A stretch of 64,000 nucleotides of DNA, from positions 64,001 through 128,000 of the forward strand of contig JAVKHO010000003.1 in NCBI GenBank assembly GCA_031459915.1, read 5' to 3'. The notes beneath the pieces are model-generated. The model worked only from the letters and a program-made list of their open reading frames with translations. It was not told the DNA's origin and searched no databases. The stretch's first letter is position 1; each line of letters opens with the position of its first letter. Source of the DNA: Candidatus Tepidifontimicrobium thermophilum. Lineage in GTDB: Bacteria; Sysuimicrobiota; Sysuimicrobiia; Sysuimicrobiales; Sysuimicrobiaceae. Positions 39,038 through 51,471 of the stretch are shown here, piece by piece. Position numbers and translations under genes: made by a program.

Positions 39038-40009
39038 GTGGGTCTCTTGCAGGCACTGGTGGAGGAGGTCCGGCAGGTCGCCGGGGGGCAGCCCGTGGCT
39101 GTGGCCTTCAGCGGGGGGCTGGACAGCACCGTGGCTGCGGCCCTGTGCCGGGAGGCGCTGGGACCCGAGCGCGTGCTGTTGGTCACCGTGAACATGGGTC
39201 AGTACGCCTACCGCCGCGGTAACGAGATCGTCCTGGAGATGGCGGAGCGGCTCGGGCTGCCTCAGCGGTGCCTGCTGGGCCAGGCCCTGCAGGACCGGAT
39301 CATGGCCGGGGGGCCCGCGTGCAACCGGTGCACCCGGGACATCAAGCTGGGTCTGGTGAAGGCGGCAGCCCGTGGGCGCCTGGTGGTCACGGGCGCCAAC
39401 CGGTCAGACACCTGGGGCCAGATGGGGCTGAAGCTGTGCAACGGCTACTACGCCCCGCTGCTGGAACTGGACAAGCCCCAGATCCGGTGCCTGGCGCTGC
39501 AGCTGGGGATCGACCCGCCGCAGACCAAGATCGGCGAGAACCCCGGCCGCGAGGGGTGCAAGCTGAAGCACCTGCTCAAGCCCCTCGCCAACCCGGACTA
39601 CCACGGCCGCGCCGTGGCCCGTGCCAACGAGGCGGTGCTGGACGCGGTCCGGGACCTTGGCTTTCCCGCCCAGCTGGCCAACGTGAAGGTGATCGGCCCC
39701 CTGCGGCGCAACGTGGGGTTGGTGAACCTGTGGCCTCCGCCGCCGCCGGGTGTGGCACGGGAAGTGCTGCACCGGGTAGGGCAGGTTCCGGAGCTGGAGG
39801 AGGTGCACCTGGTGGACCGCCCGTTGCGCCTAGTGGCGAAGGCGAACCCCAGCATCCTGGGAGACCCCCACGCGCGGTACTGGCTGCAGCACGGCCGGAT
39901 GCAGCCGGACTTCGCGTACCCCATCGACGTGCGGTGGCTGCCTTCGTCTAACGACCGCTTGAGCACCTTCCACGTGGTGGCGTTCGAGTGGCTGGACGCC
40001 CCTGCTTGA
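39038..40009 (+). CDS. PP-loop ATP pyrophosphatase (LarE/ExsB-like)
   Basis: AFSGGLDS, CNRC..K, TGANRSD, APLL, GCKL. Confidence 0.75.
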   Translation: MGLLQALVEEVRQVAGGQPVAVAFSGGLDSTVAAALCREALGPERVLLVTVNMGQYAYRRGNEIVLEMAERLGLPQRCLLGQALQDRIMAGGPACNRCTRDIKLGLVKAAARGRLVVTGANRSDTWGQMGLKLCNGYYAPLLELDKPQIRCLALQLGIDPPQTKIGENPGREGCKLKHLLKPLANPDYHGRAVARANEAVLDAVRDLGFPAQLANVKVIGPLRRNVGLVNLWPPPPPGVAREVLHRVGQVPELEEVHLVDRPLRLVAKANPSILGDPHARYWLQHGRMQPDFAYPIDVRWLPSSNDRLSTFHVVAFEWLDAPA

Positions 40010-41358
40010 ACGGCCTCCGCGGGCTCGAGGGGGTGGCCGCGGGGCTGGTGGTGGCGGTCTTGGTGGCCGCGTGCGGGCAGAGCGGGGTCGCCCCTGCCCC
40101 CAGCCCGAGTCCGGCGAGCTGCCAGGCGCTTGGGCGCGGAACGGTCTTCCAGCGCCCCAGCCAACGCGTGCCGCCGGCAGGTCAGCTCGTGGTGCGGCTG
40201 CGGCCGGGCGTGCCGGTAGAGCAAGCCGCGGACCTAGCTGGAGGAGTGGGCGCGGAGGTGGTCAAGGTACGTCGCCGGGCCCGGGCGCTGGTCGTGAGGC
40301 CGCGCGGCGGCGTGGGCTTGGTCCAGCTGTCGACCCAGCTTGCCGCGGACCCCAGGGTTGCGGGCGTCGAGCCCCACCTGCGGGTTCGGGCCTTGCAGCC
40401 CGCTCCAGACGACCCGCTGTACCCGGGACAGTGGGCGCTCGCGCAGGTCCGCGCACCGGACGCGTGGCAACTCACCGTGGGTGGCGGGGTGAAGGTCGCG
40501 GTGGTGGACACCGGTATCTCGCCCCACCCAGACGTCCCACGGCCGGCGGCAGGGTACGACTTCGTGGAGGACGACGCGGACCCCACCGACCGCGGAGATC
40601 CCAGCTTCGACTGCACCAGTCACGGGACGATGGTGGCCAGCGTCCTGGCAGCGCTTACGAACAACGGGCGGGGAATGGCGGGCGTGACGTGGGGAGGCGT
40701 GGAGCTCCTGGTGGCGCGGGTCCTGGACGAGCAGGGCAACGGTAGCCTCCTGGACGTGGAGGAGGCCTTGCGGTGGGCTGCGGAAAGAGGGGCGCGGGTG
40801 GCGAACCTCAGCCTGGGTACTCAAGAGCCAGTGGCCTGTCCGGACGGCCTGCGGGCCGCGGTGCGGGAGGTGGTCAGCCGGGGCGTGCTGGTGGTGGCGG
40901 CTGCGGGGAACAACGGACCCCAAGCAGGGACAGTGGTCTGCCCGGCCAACCTGACAGAGGTGGTCGCCGTGGCCGCCACGGGGCCGGATGGTGCCGTCGC
41001 GTGGTACTCCAGCCGCGGCAGCGAGGTGGACCTGGCGGCACCCGGGGGCAGCGCCCTCGGCTCCTGCGATGCGGACGTGCGCACCGCCAGCCCTTCCGCC
41101 TCCAACCCGGAGGACTACCCGTGCGCCGCGGGTACGTCCTTCGCGGCCCCTCACGTGAGCGGGACCGCGGCCCTGGTGCTGTCCCGGTGGCCTTCCCTGA
41201 CGCCCGATCAGGTGCGCGGGAAGCTGCAGCAGGCTGCGGAGGACATCGGGGAGCCTGGGCGCGATCGGGACAGCGGGTGCGGCCTCCTCCGGGCGGACCG
41301 GGCGGTGCGGGGAGAGTCCGCCCCGGCTCCCGCCTGCCCGTGGCCGTCAAACCAATAA
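40006..41358 (+). CDS. S8 subtilisin-like serine protease, lipoprotein
   Basis: Lipobox LVAAC; catalytic D (VDTG), H (HGT), S (GTSFAAP); AAAGN. Confidence 0.9.
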   Translation: MNGLRGLEGVAAGLVVAVLVAACGQSGVAPAPSPSPASCQALGRGTVFQRPSQRVPPAGQLVVRLRPGVPVEQAADLAGGVGAEVVKVRRRARALVVRPRGGVGLVQLSTQLAADPRVAGVEPHLRVRALQPAPDDPLYPGQWALAQVRAPDAWQLTVGGGVKVAVVDTGISPHPDVPRPAAGYDFVEDDADPTDRGDPSFDCTSHGTMVASVLAALTNNGRGMAGVTWGGVELLVARVLDEQGNGSLLDVEEALRWAAERGARVANLSLGTQEPVACPDGLRAAVREVVSRGVLVVAAAGNNGPQAGTVVCPANLTEVVAVAATGPDGAVAWYSSRGSEVDLAAPGGSALGSCDADVRTASPSASNPEDYPCAAGTSFAAPHVSGTAALVLSRWPSLTPDQVRGKLQQAAEDIGEPGRDRDSGCGLLRADRAVRGESAPAPACPWPSNQ

Positions 41359-41414
41359 CTTGACAGCGACCTCCGTGATGCCTAAAAAAGGCTCACGGGA
41401 GTTCTGAGAGTCCC

Positions 41415-41699
41415 TTGACACTCGGTCACGTCACCGACAACGTCCTCACCCCCCGCGGGGAGCGCAAGTTGGGCGTGGACGTGCCCCGGGACGGCTACCT
41501 GTTCAGCGAGGTGGCCTACGGGCGGTTCGAGGGGACCCTCACCCTGCCGCAGCCCCTGAAGACCGATCAGGTCTCCGCGCGCTACGAGCAGGGCGTCCTG
41601 GAGATCCGGATCCCCGTGGTGGAGAGCGCCCTGCCGCGGAAGGTCACCGTGGAGGTGGCCGGGTCCGGAGAGAAGATGCTGGCCAGCGCGGCGCGGTGA
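41415..41699 (+). pseudogene. 5'-truncated Hsp20/alpha-crystallin gene
   Basis: Only the C-terminal half is present (VTDNVLT.RGERK..YGRF..LP..A.Y..GVLEI..P..RKV.V); no RBS and no N-terminal region. Confidence 0.65.
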
Positions 41700-41720
41700 C
41701 CGGAGGGGTCCCGGTTTTTT
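41699..41720 (+). terminator. Intrinsic terminator after the hsp20 remnant
   Basis: ACCGG-N7-CCGGT followed by a T tract. Confidence 0.55.
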
Positions 41721-41794
41721 GAAGGAGCCACCGGTGGGGGCGGCGAAGCGTCCAGCGACGGCGCGCCGCGCCGATCCCGAGGCGAGGGGTAGAC

Positions 41795-42160
41795 GTGAGT
41801 ACGGGGGCGAGTTCGGAGAACCGGCTACTGGCGGCCCTAAGCTATCCCATCTGGATTGTGGCCCTGGTCGTGGTGCTGACCGACCTGAAGCGGGACCCCT
41901 TCTTGCGGTACCACGGCTGGCAAGCTCTGTTCTGGGGGATTGCCTGGTTCGTGCTGTGGGTGGGACTCTCCGTGGTGGGGACGGTCCTGAGCTTCGTCCC
42001 CTTCCTGGGAGTTCTGTTTAGCTTCCTCGCCGGGACGCTGCTGTTCCTGGCTTGGGTGGTCCTGTCGGTCCTGTACGCGGTGCGGGCGTACCAGGGGCAG
42101 CGGTTCGAGATCCCCGTGGTGACGAACGCGGCCCGTAAGTACATGCTCGGCGAAGCCTAA
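41795..42160 (+). CDS. DUF4870-like membrane protein
   Basis: ENRLLAALSY, FLRYHGWQA, AYQGQRFEIP. Confidence 0.82.
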   Translation: MSTGASSENRLLAALSYPIWIVALVVVLTDLKRDPFLRYHGWQALFWGIAWFVLWVGLSVVGTVLSFVPFLGVLFSFLAGTLLFLAWVVLSVLYAVRAYQGQRFEIPVVTNAARKYMLGEA

Positions 42161-42170
42161 CCCGCCGGAG

Positions 42171-43109
42171 GTGTCGGCGCACGTCCTGCTACCCGCAGGG
42201 TCGGAGCCCGAGGCCATCCCGGAGCTGCTGCGTTCCGCGGCGGTGCTTTGGGTGGACGTGCGGGGCCCCGAGGAGGCGGACGTGCGGCTCATGGCGGAGG
42301 TGTTCGGCTTCCACCCCCTGGCCATCGAGGACACCCGCAACCAGCGGCAGCGGCCGAAGGCTGAGGAGTACGACGGACACGTATTCCTGATCCTCAACCC
42401 CGTGCGTTGCGGAGTCGAAGGCGCGGAGTTCCGCGAGCTGGACGTGTTCGTGGGCTCCAACTACGTGGTGACCGTCCACCCGGGGGAAGACCCCGTGGTG
42501 GAGGAGGCCCGGCGCAGGTTGGACCGACATGCGCCGGCAACACCCGGACACGTGGTGCACGCCCTGCTGGACGTGGTAGTGGACGGGTACTTCCCCCTGC
42601 TGGACGCGGTCGGGGAGGCCCTGGACGAGCTGGAAGAGACGGTGCTGGCTCGTCCCGGCCCCGAGGCCCTGTCGTCGCTGATGCGTCTCAAGCGCACGCT
42701 GCTGGAGGCGCGGCGGGTGGTGGGCCCCCAGCGGGACGTGCTACACCTGCTCACGCGCGCAGACCTGCCTTACCTGTCCGCGGAGGAGCTGCGCTACCCC
42801 ATGCGCGACGTGTACGACCACCTGCTGCGCGTGACCGACATGCTGGACACCTACCGGGAGATCTTGACCGGGACGCTCGACGTGTACCTGTCCGCGGTGT
42901 CCAACCGGCTGAACCAGGTGGTGAACCGCCTCACCGCCCTCACCGTGGTGATCGGCGTGCTGGCGGTGGTCACGGGCTTCTACGGGATGAACTTCGAACG
43001 TACCTGGCCCCCCTTCGAGGCCGCGTGGGGTGTGCCCTTCGTCCTGGGGCTCATGGCGGGCGCTGTGGGGGCGCTCCTGTTAGGGTTCCGCCGGACAGGC
43101 TGGTTGTGA
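42171..43109 (+). CDS. corA: CorA-family Mg2+/Co2+ transporter
   Basis: FHPLAIED, QRPK.EEY, YGMNF signature, two C-terminal TM segments. Confidence 0.93.
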   Translation: MSAHVLLPAGSEPEAIPELLRSAAVLWVDVRGPEEADVRLMAEVFGFHPLAIEDTRNQRQRPKAEEYDGHVFLILNPVRCGVEGAEFRELDVFVGSNYVVTVHPGEDPVVEEARRRLDRHAPATPGHVVHALLDVVVDGYFPLLDAVGEALDELEETVLARPGPEALSSLMRLKRTLLEARRVVGPQRDVLHLLTRADLPYLSAEELRYPMRDVYDHLLRVTDMLDTYREILTGTLDVYLSAVSNRLNQVVNRLTALTVVIGVLAVVTGFYGMNFERTWPPFEAAWGVPFVLGLMAGAVGALLLGFRRTGWL

Positions 43110-43140
43110 GCGGAGCGCCCGGACCTCAGGCGGAGGTGGT

Positions 43141-43461
43141 CTAGCGGCGCGGCGGCGGGGTGGCGGTGGGCTCGGGGACCAGGACCACCGCGATCTCGCC
43201 GGGGCGCACCAAGCCCAGCTCCTCCCGGGCCAGGCGCTCCACGTAGGCGGGGTCGTGCAGCCGGCGGATCTCCTCGCGCAGCCTGCGGTTCTCTTCCAGC
43301 AGGGCCTCCCGTTGGTGCTCGAGTTCCGCCAGCTGGCGGCTGAGGTGGTACAGGCGTAGCGCTGCCTGCCCGGAGGACAATGCGAACAGGCCGGCCGTGG
43401 CCACACCCAGGACCCACGCCAGCCGCCGCGGGTGAAGCAGTTTCGCTGCGTCGGTTGCCAC
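43141..43461 (-). CDS. ftsB: Septum formation initiator FtsB/DivIC
   Basis: TM segment plus coiled coil, ERLAREELGLVRPGE. Confidence 0.88.
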   Translation of the reverse strand: MATDAAKLLHPRRLAWVLGVATAGLFALSSGQAALRLYHLSRQLAELEHQREALLEENRRLREEIRRLHDPAYVERLAREELGLVRPGEIAVVLVPEPTATPPPRR

Positions 43462-43558
43462 GACTTCGCTCCGCGGGCGCTCTGCGGCGCCGGCGCGTTT
43501 GCTCAGGCCTTCGCGACGGCTGGGGGGATTTCCTCCCGGGGCCGTCCCACGGGCCCTG

Positions 43559-45816
<2,258 letters not shown>

Positions 45817-45898
45817 CTAGGCCACGGTATGCATCCCCGGCGCGCTTTCCAGGCAGCCTGCTCGGACCCGTCCGGTCAGGCCCTTCGGGAACACGCTC

Positions 45899-46678
45899 CT
45901 AGCCCGCGGCGTGTTTGGCTTCGCGCCACAGGTGCTCCAGCTCCGGCAGGGACAGCTGCTCGATGCGCTGCCCGCGCTCGGCGGCCAGCCGTTCCAGGGA
46001 GCGGAAGCGGCGGGTGAACTTCGCGCAGGCGTCCCGCAGGGCCTGCTCCGCGTCCACGCCCGCGAAGGCGGCCACCTTTGCCACGGTCATGAGAACGTCC
46101 CCCACCTCCTCCTGGACGGCGGCGGTGTCGCGAGAGGCCACCGCCTGGTCCAGCTCCGCCAGCTCCTCGTGCACCTTGTCCAGGGCGCTCCGGGGGTCGG
46201 GCCACTCGAACCCCGCCTGCGACGCGCGCTGGTACAGCTTCTGCGCCCGAATCAGGGCGGGCAGGGAGCTGGGCACCCCGTCCAGGGCGGAAGCGTCCAC
46301 CCCGCGCTCCGCGCGCTTCAAAGCCTCCCACCGTTCCTTCACTTTTTCAGGGGTGTCCACACCCTGCACGCCTCCGAACACGTGGGGGTGGCGCCGGACC
46401 AGCTTGTCGTGGATCGTGACTACCACGTCCTCGATGGTGAACTGACCGCGCTCAGAGGCGATCTGGGCGTGGAACACCACCTGCAGCAACAGGTCTCCCA
46501 GCTCCTCCCGGAGGCGGTCCGGGTCGTCCGCCTCGATGGCCTCCAGGACCTCGTACGCTTCCTCCAGAAGGTACGGGCGGAGGGACGCGTGGGTCTGCTG
46601 TCGGTCCCACGGGCATCCCCCCGGGCCCCGGAGGGTGGCCATGACCTGGACGAGGTCCTGAAAGGTCGGACGCCTCAC
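45899..46678 (-). CDS. mazG: Nucleoside triphosphate pyrophosphohydrolase MazG
   Basis: GCPWD, EEAYE, EELGD, KLVRRHPHVFG; GTG 46678. Confidence 0.93.
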   Translation of the reverse strand: MRRPTFQDLVQVMATLRGPGGCPWDRQQTHASLRPYLLEEAYEVLEAIEADDPDRLREELGDLLLQVVFHAQIASERGQFTIEDVVVTIHDKLVRRHPHVFGGVQGVDTPEKVKERWEALKRAERGVDASALDGVPSSLPALIRAQKLYQRASQAGFEWPDPRSALDKVHEELAELDQAVASRDTAAVQEEVGDVLMTVAKVAAFAGVDAEQALRDACAKFTRRFRSLERLAAERGQRIEQLSLPELEHLWREAKHAAG

Positions 46679-47619
46679 AGGTGCACCGCGATCTTCGCCC
46701 GCTGCCGCAGGTCCTTCAGCCAAGCTGCGAACGCCTCCCGTCGCTTGTTCTCCCGCAACAGCTCCACCACCTGCCGCCGGGCCGCCTCCCAAGTCGCCTT
46801 CCGAGCGGGCAGGCGCTGGGTCACCTGGACTACGTGGTAGCCGAAGGACGTCTGGACCGGCTCGCTGAGCTCTCCCGGCTTGAGGGAGAAGGCCGCCCGC
46901 TCGAACTCGGGGACGGTCTGACCGGGTGCCACCAGGCCCAGGTCGCCACCCTGGCTCCGGCTGCCCGGATCCAGGCTCAGCTCGCGGGCCAGCTTCTCGA
47001 AGGACTCGCCGGCCCGCAGACGCGCCAAAGCCACGCGCGCCTCCGCCTCCGTCTTCAGCAGGATGTGGCGGACCCGCACCCGCTCGGGCTCGTCGAAGGC
47101 AGCCCGGTGCGCATCGAAGTACGCGCGGGCCTCCTGCTCGGAAACCTCGGGCACCTGCATCTGGTCCAACAGCCGCCGCACGGTGAGCTCGAACCGGACC
47201 CGCTCGCGGAGCTCTGCCCGGGAGACCCCCTGCTGCTGGAGAGTCCGCTCGAACTCCTCCGCGGAGGGGAAGCTGGAGGCGATCTGCCGCAGCCGTTCCT
47301 CGACTTCCCCCTCTGGGGCGAGCCGCCCCGTCCGGCGCGCCTCTTGGAGGATCAAGGCTCGTTCGATGAGCTGGTCCAGGACGCTGCGGGCCACCTGTGC
47401 GCGCTGGCGCGCCGCGTCTGTCTTGGAGAAGTCCACGCCGAAGCGGGCGCCGATCTCGCGGACGTACCGGTCCACCTCCGCGGTGTAAATGGGCTCCCCG
47501 TTCACCGTGGCCGCCACCAGCGGCGCCCGCCGCGCCCAGCGGACCGCCACCAGCCCACCCGCCGCCACCGCAGCCACGGCAGCGACCGCTCCGACCAACC
47601 ACCAGCTTCGGTTCCTCAT
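46675..47619 (-). CDS. SurA/PrsA-like parvulin foldase
   Basis: N-terminal TM, SurA-N domain, RHIL, GGDLG, FGYH. Confidence 0.9.
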   Translation of the reverse strand: MRNRSWWLVGAVAAVAAVAAGGLVAVRWARRAPLVAATVNGEPIYTAEVDRYVREIGARFGVDFSKTDAARQRAQVARSVLDQLIERALILQEARRTGRLAPEGEVEERLRQIASSFPSAEEFERTLQQQGVSRAELRERVRFELTVRRLLDQMQVPEVSEQEARAYFDAHRAAFDEPERVRVRHILLKTEAEARVALARLRAGESFEKLARELSLDPGSRSQGGDLGLVAPGQTVPEFERAAFSLKPGELSEPVQTSFGYHVVQVTQRLPARKATWEAARRQVVELLRENKRREAFAAWLKDLRQRAKIAVHL

Positions 47620-47636
47620 GACCTAGCCCTCCCGAC

Positions 47637-50600
47637 CTACGCGGTCACCGGCTGCGGCCTCCTGTGCCGCAAAGCCGCCCAGCTGTCCAGCACGTCCCTC
47701 AACAGGTGGAGGACCCGGGCGTCGTCCGTGGTGTCTACGCACACCAGCAGGCCCTCGGGTACTCCCTGGACTCGGCCCCGGTACTCCAGTGCCAGCCACC
47801 GGATCTCCCGGGTCGGCACGCGGTCGCGGGCCCGCACCAGGACCCCGCGGCTCTCCCGTACCAGGGCGGAAATGCCCAGGCCGCGGGCCATCTCGCGCAG
47901 TGCGGCCACCTGCACCAGGTTCCGGGCGGGCTCCGGCAGGGGGCCGTACCGGTCCCGCAGCTCCTCCTCAACGGCTACCACCTCCTGCGGGCTACGGGCG
48001 GTAGCTAGCCTCCGGTACGCGGCCAGGCGCTCGCGCTCCTGCGGCACGTAGCTCTCCGGGAGGTAGGCGGACACCCGTAGTTCCACCACGGGATCCGGTG
48101 CTTCCTCCACGAACTCGCCCCGCAGCCGGCGGATGGCTTCATCGAGCAGCCGGGTGTAGAGGTCGAAGCCGACCGCGGCCATATGGCCGTGCTGTTCGGG
48201 CCCCAGGAGGTTACCGGCTCCGCGGATTTCCAGGTCCCGCATGGCCAGCCGGATCCCACTGCCCAGGGCCACGAACTCCCGCAGCGCCTCCAGCCGCGCC
48301 CTGGCTTCTTCTCCCAGCTGCGCGCCCCTGGGGTACAGGAGGTAGGCGTAGGCCTGCTGGTCCGCACGGCCTACCCGCCCGCGCAGCTGGTACAGCTGCG
48401 CCAGACCCAGGGTGTGGGCCTCCTCCACCAGGATGGTGTTCACCCGGGGGATGTCCAGCCCGATCTCCACGATGGTGGTGCACACCAGCACGTCGTAGCG
48501 GCCCGCCACGAAGTCCAGCATCACCCGCTCCAGCTGGGACTCGGGCATCTGGCCGTGGGCCACCGCCACCCGCGCCTCCGGCACCAGAGCCTGAACGCGC
48601 CGGGCGGCGCGCTCGATGGTGTTGACCCGGTTGTGCACCACGTACACCTGCCCTCCGCGCGCCAGTTCCCGGCGGATGGCCTCCTGCACCAAAGCCTCGC
48701 TCCACTCCGCCACCGTGGTGCGGATCGGCTGTCGGGCATCGGGGGGGGTCTCCATCAGGGACATGTCCCGAAGGCCCACCAGGGACATGTGGAGGGTCCG
48801 GGGAATCGGGGTGGCGGTCAGGGTGAGCACGTCCACCGAGGCGCGCAGCTGCTTGAGGCGCTCCTTGTGCAGTACCCCGAACCGCTGTTCCTCGTCGATG
48901 ATCACCAAGCCCAGGTCCTTGAAGCGCACGTCCTTCTGCAGGAGACGGTGCGTGCCGATCACCACGTCCACCGTGCCCGCGGCCAGGTCCTCCAGCACGC
49001 GCCGCACCTCCCGGGGCGAGCGGAAGCGACTCACCATCTCTACCCGCACGGGGAACGCCGCGAAGCGGGTCCGGAAGACCTGCCAGTGCTGCTGCGCCAG
49101 GAGGGTGGTGGGGACCAACACCGCCACCTGCTTGCCGTCCATCACCGCCTTGAAGGCGGCCCGGACCGCTACCTCGGTCTTCCCGTAGCCTACGTCCCCG
49201 GCCACCAGCCGGTCCATGGGCTTGGGCGACTCCATGTCCCGCTTCACATCCTCGATGGCCTTCCACTGGTCCGGGGTCTCCTCGAACTCGAAGGAGGCTT
49301 CCAGCTCCCGCTGCCAGGGGGTGTCTGGGGAGAAGGCGAAGCCACGGGCAGCCTGCCGGCGGGCGTACAGCTCCAGCAGCTCCCGCGCCACCTGCTCGGT
49401 GGCTTCCCGGACCCGGCGCTTCTCCCGCTCCCAGTCCGCGGTGCCCAGGCGGTGGATGCGCGGCGTGTGACCCTCGACGCCCACGTAGCGCTGGACTAGG
49501 TGGATCTGGTCCGTGGGCACGAACAGAGCGTCGCCCTCCGCATACTCCAGGTGCAGGTAGTCACGCTCCGCCCCCGCCACCGCCTTGCGGACCACCCCCC
49601 GGTACCGCCCGACCCCGTGGTGCACGTGTACCACCAGGTCGCCGGGCTCGAGCTCTGACCACGACCGGACGGCGGTCCCGTCCTTGGCTACCCGGAGCCG
49701 ACGCCGCCGGCGTTTCCACCCCAGCACCTCCGCGTCGGTGACCACCACCAGTTGCAGGTCCGGGACCCGGAAGCCCCGGGACAGACCACCGGGCACCGAC
49801 ACCGCGAGCCCGGCCGCGGGCGGGCTGTCGAGGCCGGGGCAAGGATCGACAGGGATCCCGTGGTCGGCCAGGATCTCGCTCAGCCGGCCCGCCTGGGCGC
49901 TGACCAGTACCACCCGCTGTCCGGAGCCCAGCCACCGCCGCACCTGGTCGGCCAGGAAGGCCGTCTGGCCCGCGAAGGCCTCCACCGGCTGTACGGGAAC
50001 CTCAAACCCCCGCCAGCCTTCCGGGGCTCCGTGGTAGGCGCTGACGGCCATCAGGCACCGTCTGTCTGCGGCGGCCAGCACGGCTTCCCACGGCACGTAC
50101 GCGGGCTTGGCCTGGTGCTGGCCCTCCGTTTCCCGCGCAGCCCGGTATACGGAACGGGCCTGCGCCTCCAGCTCCGCAGGCTCGTCCAGAACGACCAGAG
50201 TCTGCGGGGGGAACAGGTCCAGCAGAAGGGCATTCCCCTCCGGCTCGGACGCCAGGGGCAGCTCGGCACAGTCCGCCTTCGCTTCTGAGCGCTGCGTCTC
50301 TGGGTCGAACCGGCGGATGGAGTCCACCAAGTCGCCGAACCACTCCAGCCTCCACGGCCGGTCCGCGTCGGGCGGGAAGACGTCCACGATCCCGCCCCGG
50401 ACGGCGTACGTGCCGCGGGTCTGCACCAGGTCCACCCGATCGTAGCCTCCCTCCTGCAGGTAGCGGACGACGGCCTCCAGGGGGACCTCCTCTCCTACGC
50501 GAACCTGCTTTCGCACGGACCCCAGGGCGGACGCCGCTGGCACGGGACGGCAGGCGGTAGCCACCGGGGCCAGGATGACTACAGGTAGCCCGCTGGCCAG

Positions 50601-50948
50601 GTCGGCCAGAGCCCGCAGCCGTTCGCCCACCACCTCGGGGGCCGGGGGCAGGGGGTCGTGGGGCAAGACTTCCAACGGCGGCAAGTAGCGCAGGCGGTCC
50701 CGCAGGCCAGGCGCCAAGGCGGACAGGTCCTCTTGCAACGACTCCCCGGCGTCCCGGCCGGGCACAAGGATCAGGGCTGGCCGCGGAGGCCCCCACACCA
50801 GAAGATCCGCCAGGAGAAGGCTCTTCGCCCCCTGCGCGGGCACAAGGGCCCACGCGCGGGCGGGCGGCCGGGACATGACGTCCCGCAGCTCGTGCAGCCG
50901 CGGCCAGTTGCGGGTCAGCTGCAGCAGGCCTTCGAACGACAACGCCAC
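47637..50948 (-). CDS. mfd: Transcription-repair coupling factor
   Basis: RGGIVD, VVH..HG.GRY, GDVGYGKTE, DEEQRFG, TATPIPRTL, QLRGRVGR, RGAGN; start approximate. Confidence 0.97.
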   Translation of the reverse strand: MALSFEGLLQLTRNWPRLHELRDVMSRPPARAWALVPAQGAKSLLLADLLVWGPPRPALILVPGRDAGESLQEDLSALAPGLRDRLRYLPPLEVLPHDPLPPAPEVVGERLRALADLASGLPVVILAPVATACRPVPAASALGSVRKQVRVGEEVPLEAVVRYLQEGGYDRVDLVQTRGTYAVRGGIVDVFPPDADRPWRLEWFGDLVDSIRRFDPETQRSEAKADCAELPLASEPEGNALLLDLFPPQTLVVLDEPAELEAQARSVYRAARETEGQHQAKPAYVPWEAVLAAADRRCLMAVSAYHGAPEGWRGFEVPVQPVEAFAGQTAFLADQVRRWLGSGQRVVLVSAQAGRLSEILADHGIPVDPCPGLDSPPAAGLAVSVPGGLSRGFRVPDLQLVVVTDAEVLGWKRRRRRLRVAKDGTAVRSWSELEPGDLVVHVHHGVGRYRGVVRKAVAGAERDYLHLEYAEGDALFVPTDQIHLVQRYVGVEGHTPRIHRLGTADWEREKRRVREATEQVARELLELYARRQAARGFAFSPDTPWQRELEASFEFEETPDQWKAIEDVKRDMESPKPMDRLVAGDVGYGKTEVAVRAAFKAVMDGKQVAVLVPTTLLAQQHWQVFRTRFAAFPVRVEMVSRFRSPREVRRVLEDLAAGTVDVVIGTHRLLQKDVRFKDLGLVIIDEEQRFGVLHKERLKQLRASVDVLTLTATPIPRTLHMSLVGLRDMSLMETPPDARQPIRTTVAEWSEALVQEAIRRELARGGQVYVVHNRVNTIERAARRVQALVPEARVAVAHGQMPESQLERVMLDFVAGRYDVLVCTTIVEIGLDIPRVNTILVEEAHTLGLAQLYQLRGRVGRADQQAYAYLLYPRGAQLGEEARARLEALREFVALGSGIRLAMRDLEIRGAGNLLGPEQHGHMAAVGFDLYTRLLDEAIRRLRGEFVEEAPDPVVELRVSAYLPESYVPQERERLAAYRRLATARSPQEVVAVEEELRDRYGPLPEPARNLVQVAALREMARGLGISALVRESRGVLVRARDRVPTREIRWLALEYRGRVQGVPEGLLVCVDTTDDARVLHLLRDVLDSWAALRHRRPQPVTA

Positions 50949-51024
50949 TCCACCTAGACCTTCCGGCAGGAGACCGCCGCCATGGTAGCATGGAGCCCGC
51001 GGGACCGGCACGGGAGGGACAACG

Positions 51025-51432
51025 GTGGGCTACTGGATCCTGAAGAGCGAGCCGGACGAGTGGTCCTGGGAGGACCAGGTGCGCGCGGGGACGGACGTGT
51101 GGGATGGGGTCGTGAACCCGCAGGCGCTACGGAACCTGCGGGCCATGCGCCGGGGCGACCTGGCGCTTTTCTACCACACGGGGGACGAGCGGCGCGCGGT
51201 GGGCGTGGTGGAGGTGGTCCGGGAGGCGTACCCGGACCCCACGGACCCGTCGGGCAGGCGGGTGGTGGTGGACGTACGGGCGCTCCGGCCGTTGCCCCGG
51301 CCCGTGACCCTGGCGCAGATCAAGGCGGAACCCCGGTTGTCCCACCTGGCCCTGGTGCGGCAGCCCCGGCTGTCCGTCGTCCCGGTGGACGGGGAGGCCT
51401 GGCGGCTTCTGTTGCGGATGGGCGGTCTGTGA
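51025..51432 (+). CDS. EVE-domain protein
   Basis: YWILKSEP, WDGV.N, FYH, RQPRLSV. Confidence 0.92.
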   Translation: MGYWILKSEPDEWSWEDQVRAGTDVWDGVVNPQALRNLRAMRRGDLALFYHTGDERRAVGVVEVVREAYPDPTDPSGRRVVVDVRALRPLPRPVTLAQIKAEPRLSHLALVRQPRLSVVPVDGEAWRLLLRMGGL

Positions 51433-51469
51433 GGACGGGCCCGGGAGGGGACCTCCCGGGCCCGTCCTC
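51431..51469. terminator. 18-bp perfect hairpin between the convergent EVE and glnA genes
   Basis: GAGGACGGGCCCGGGAGG-GGA-CCTCCCGGGCCCGTCCTC. Confidence 0.75.
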
Positions 51470-51471
51470 CT

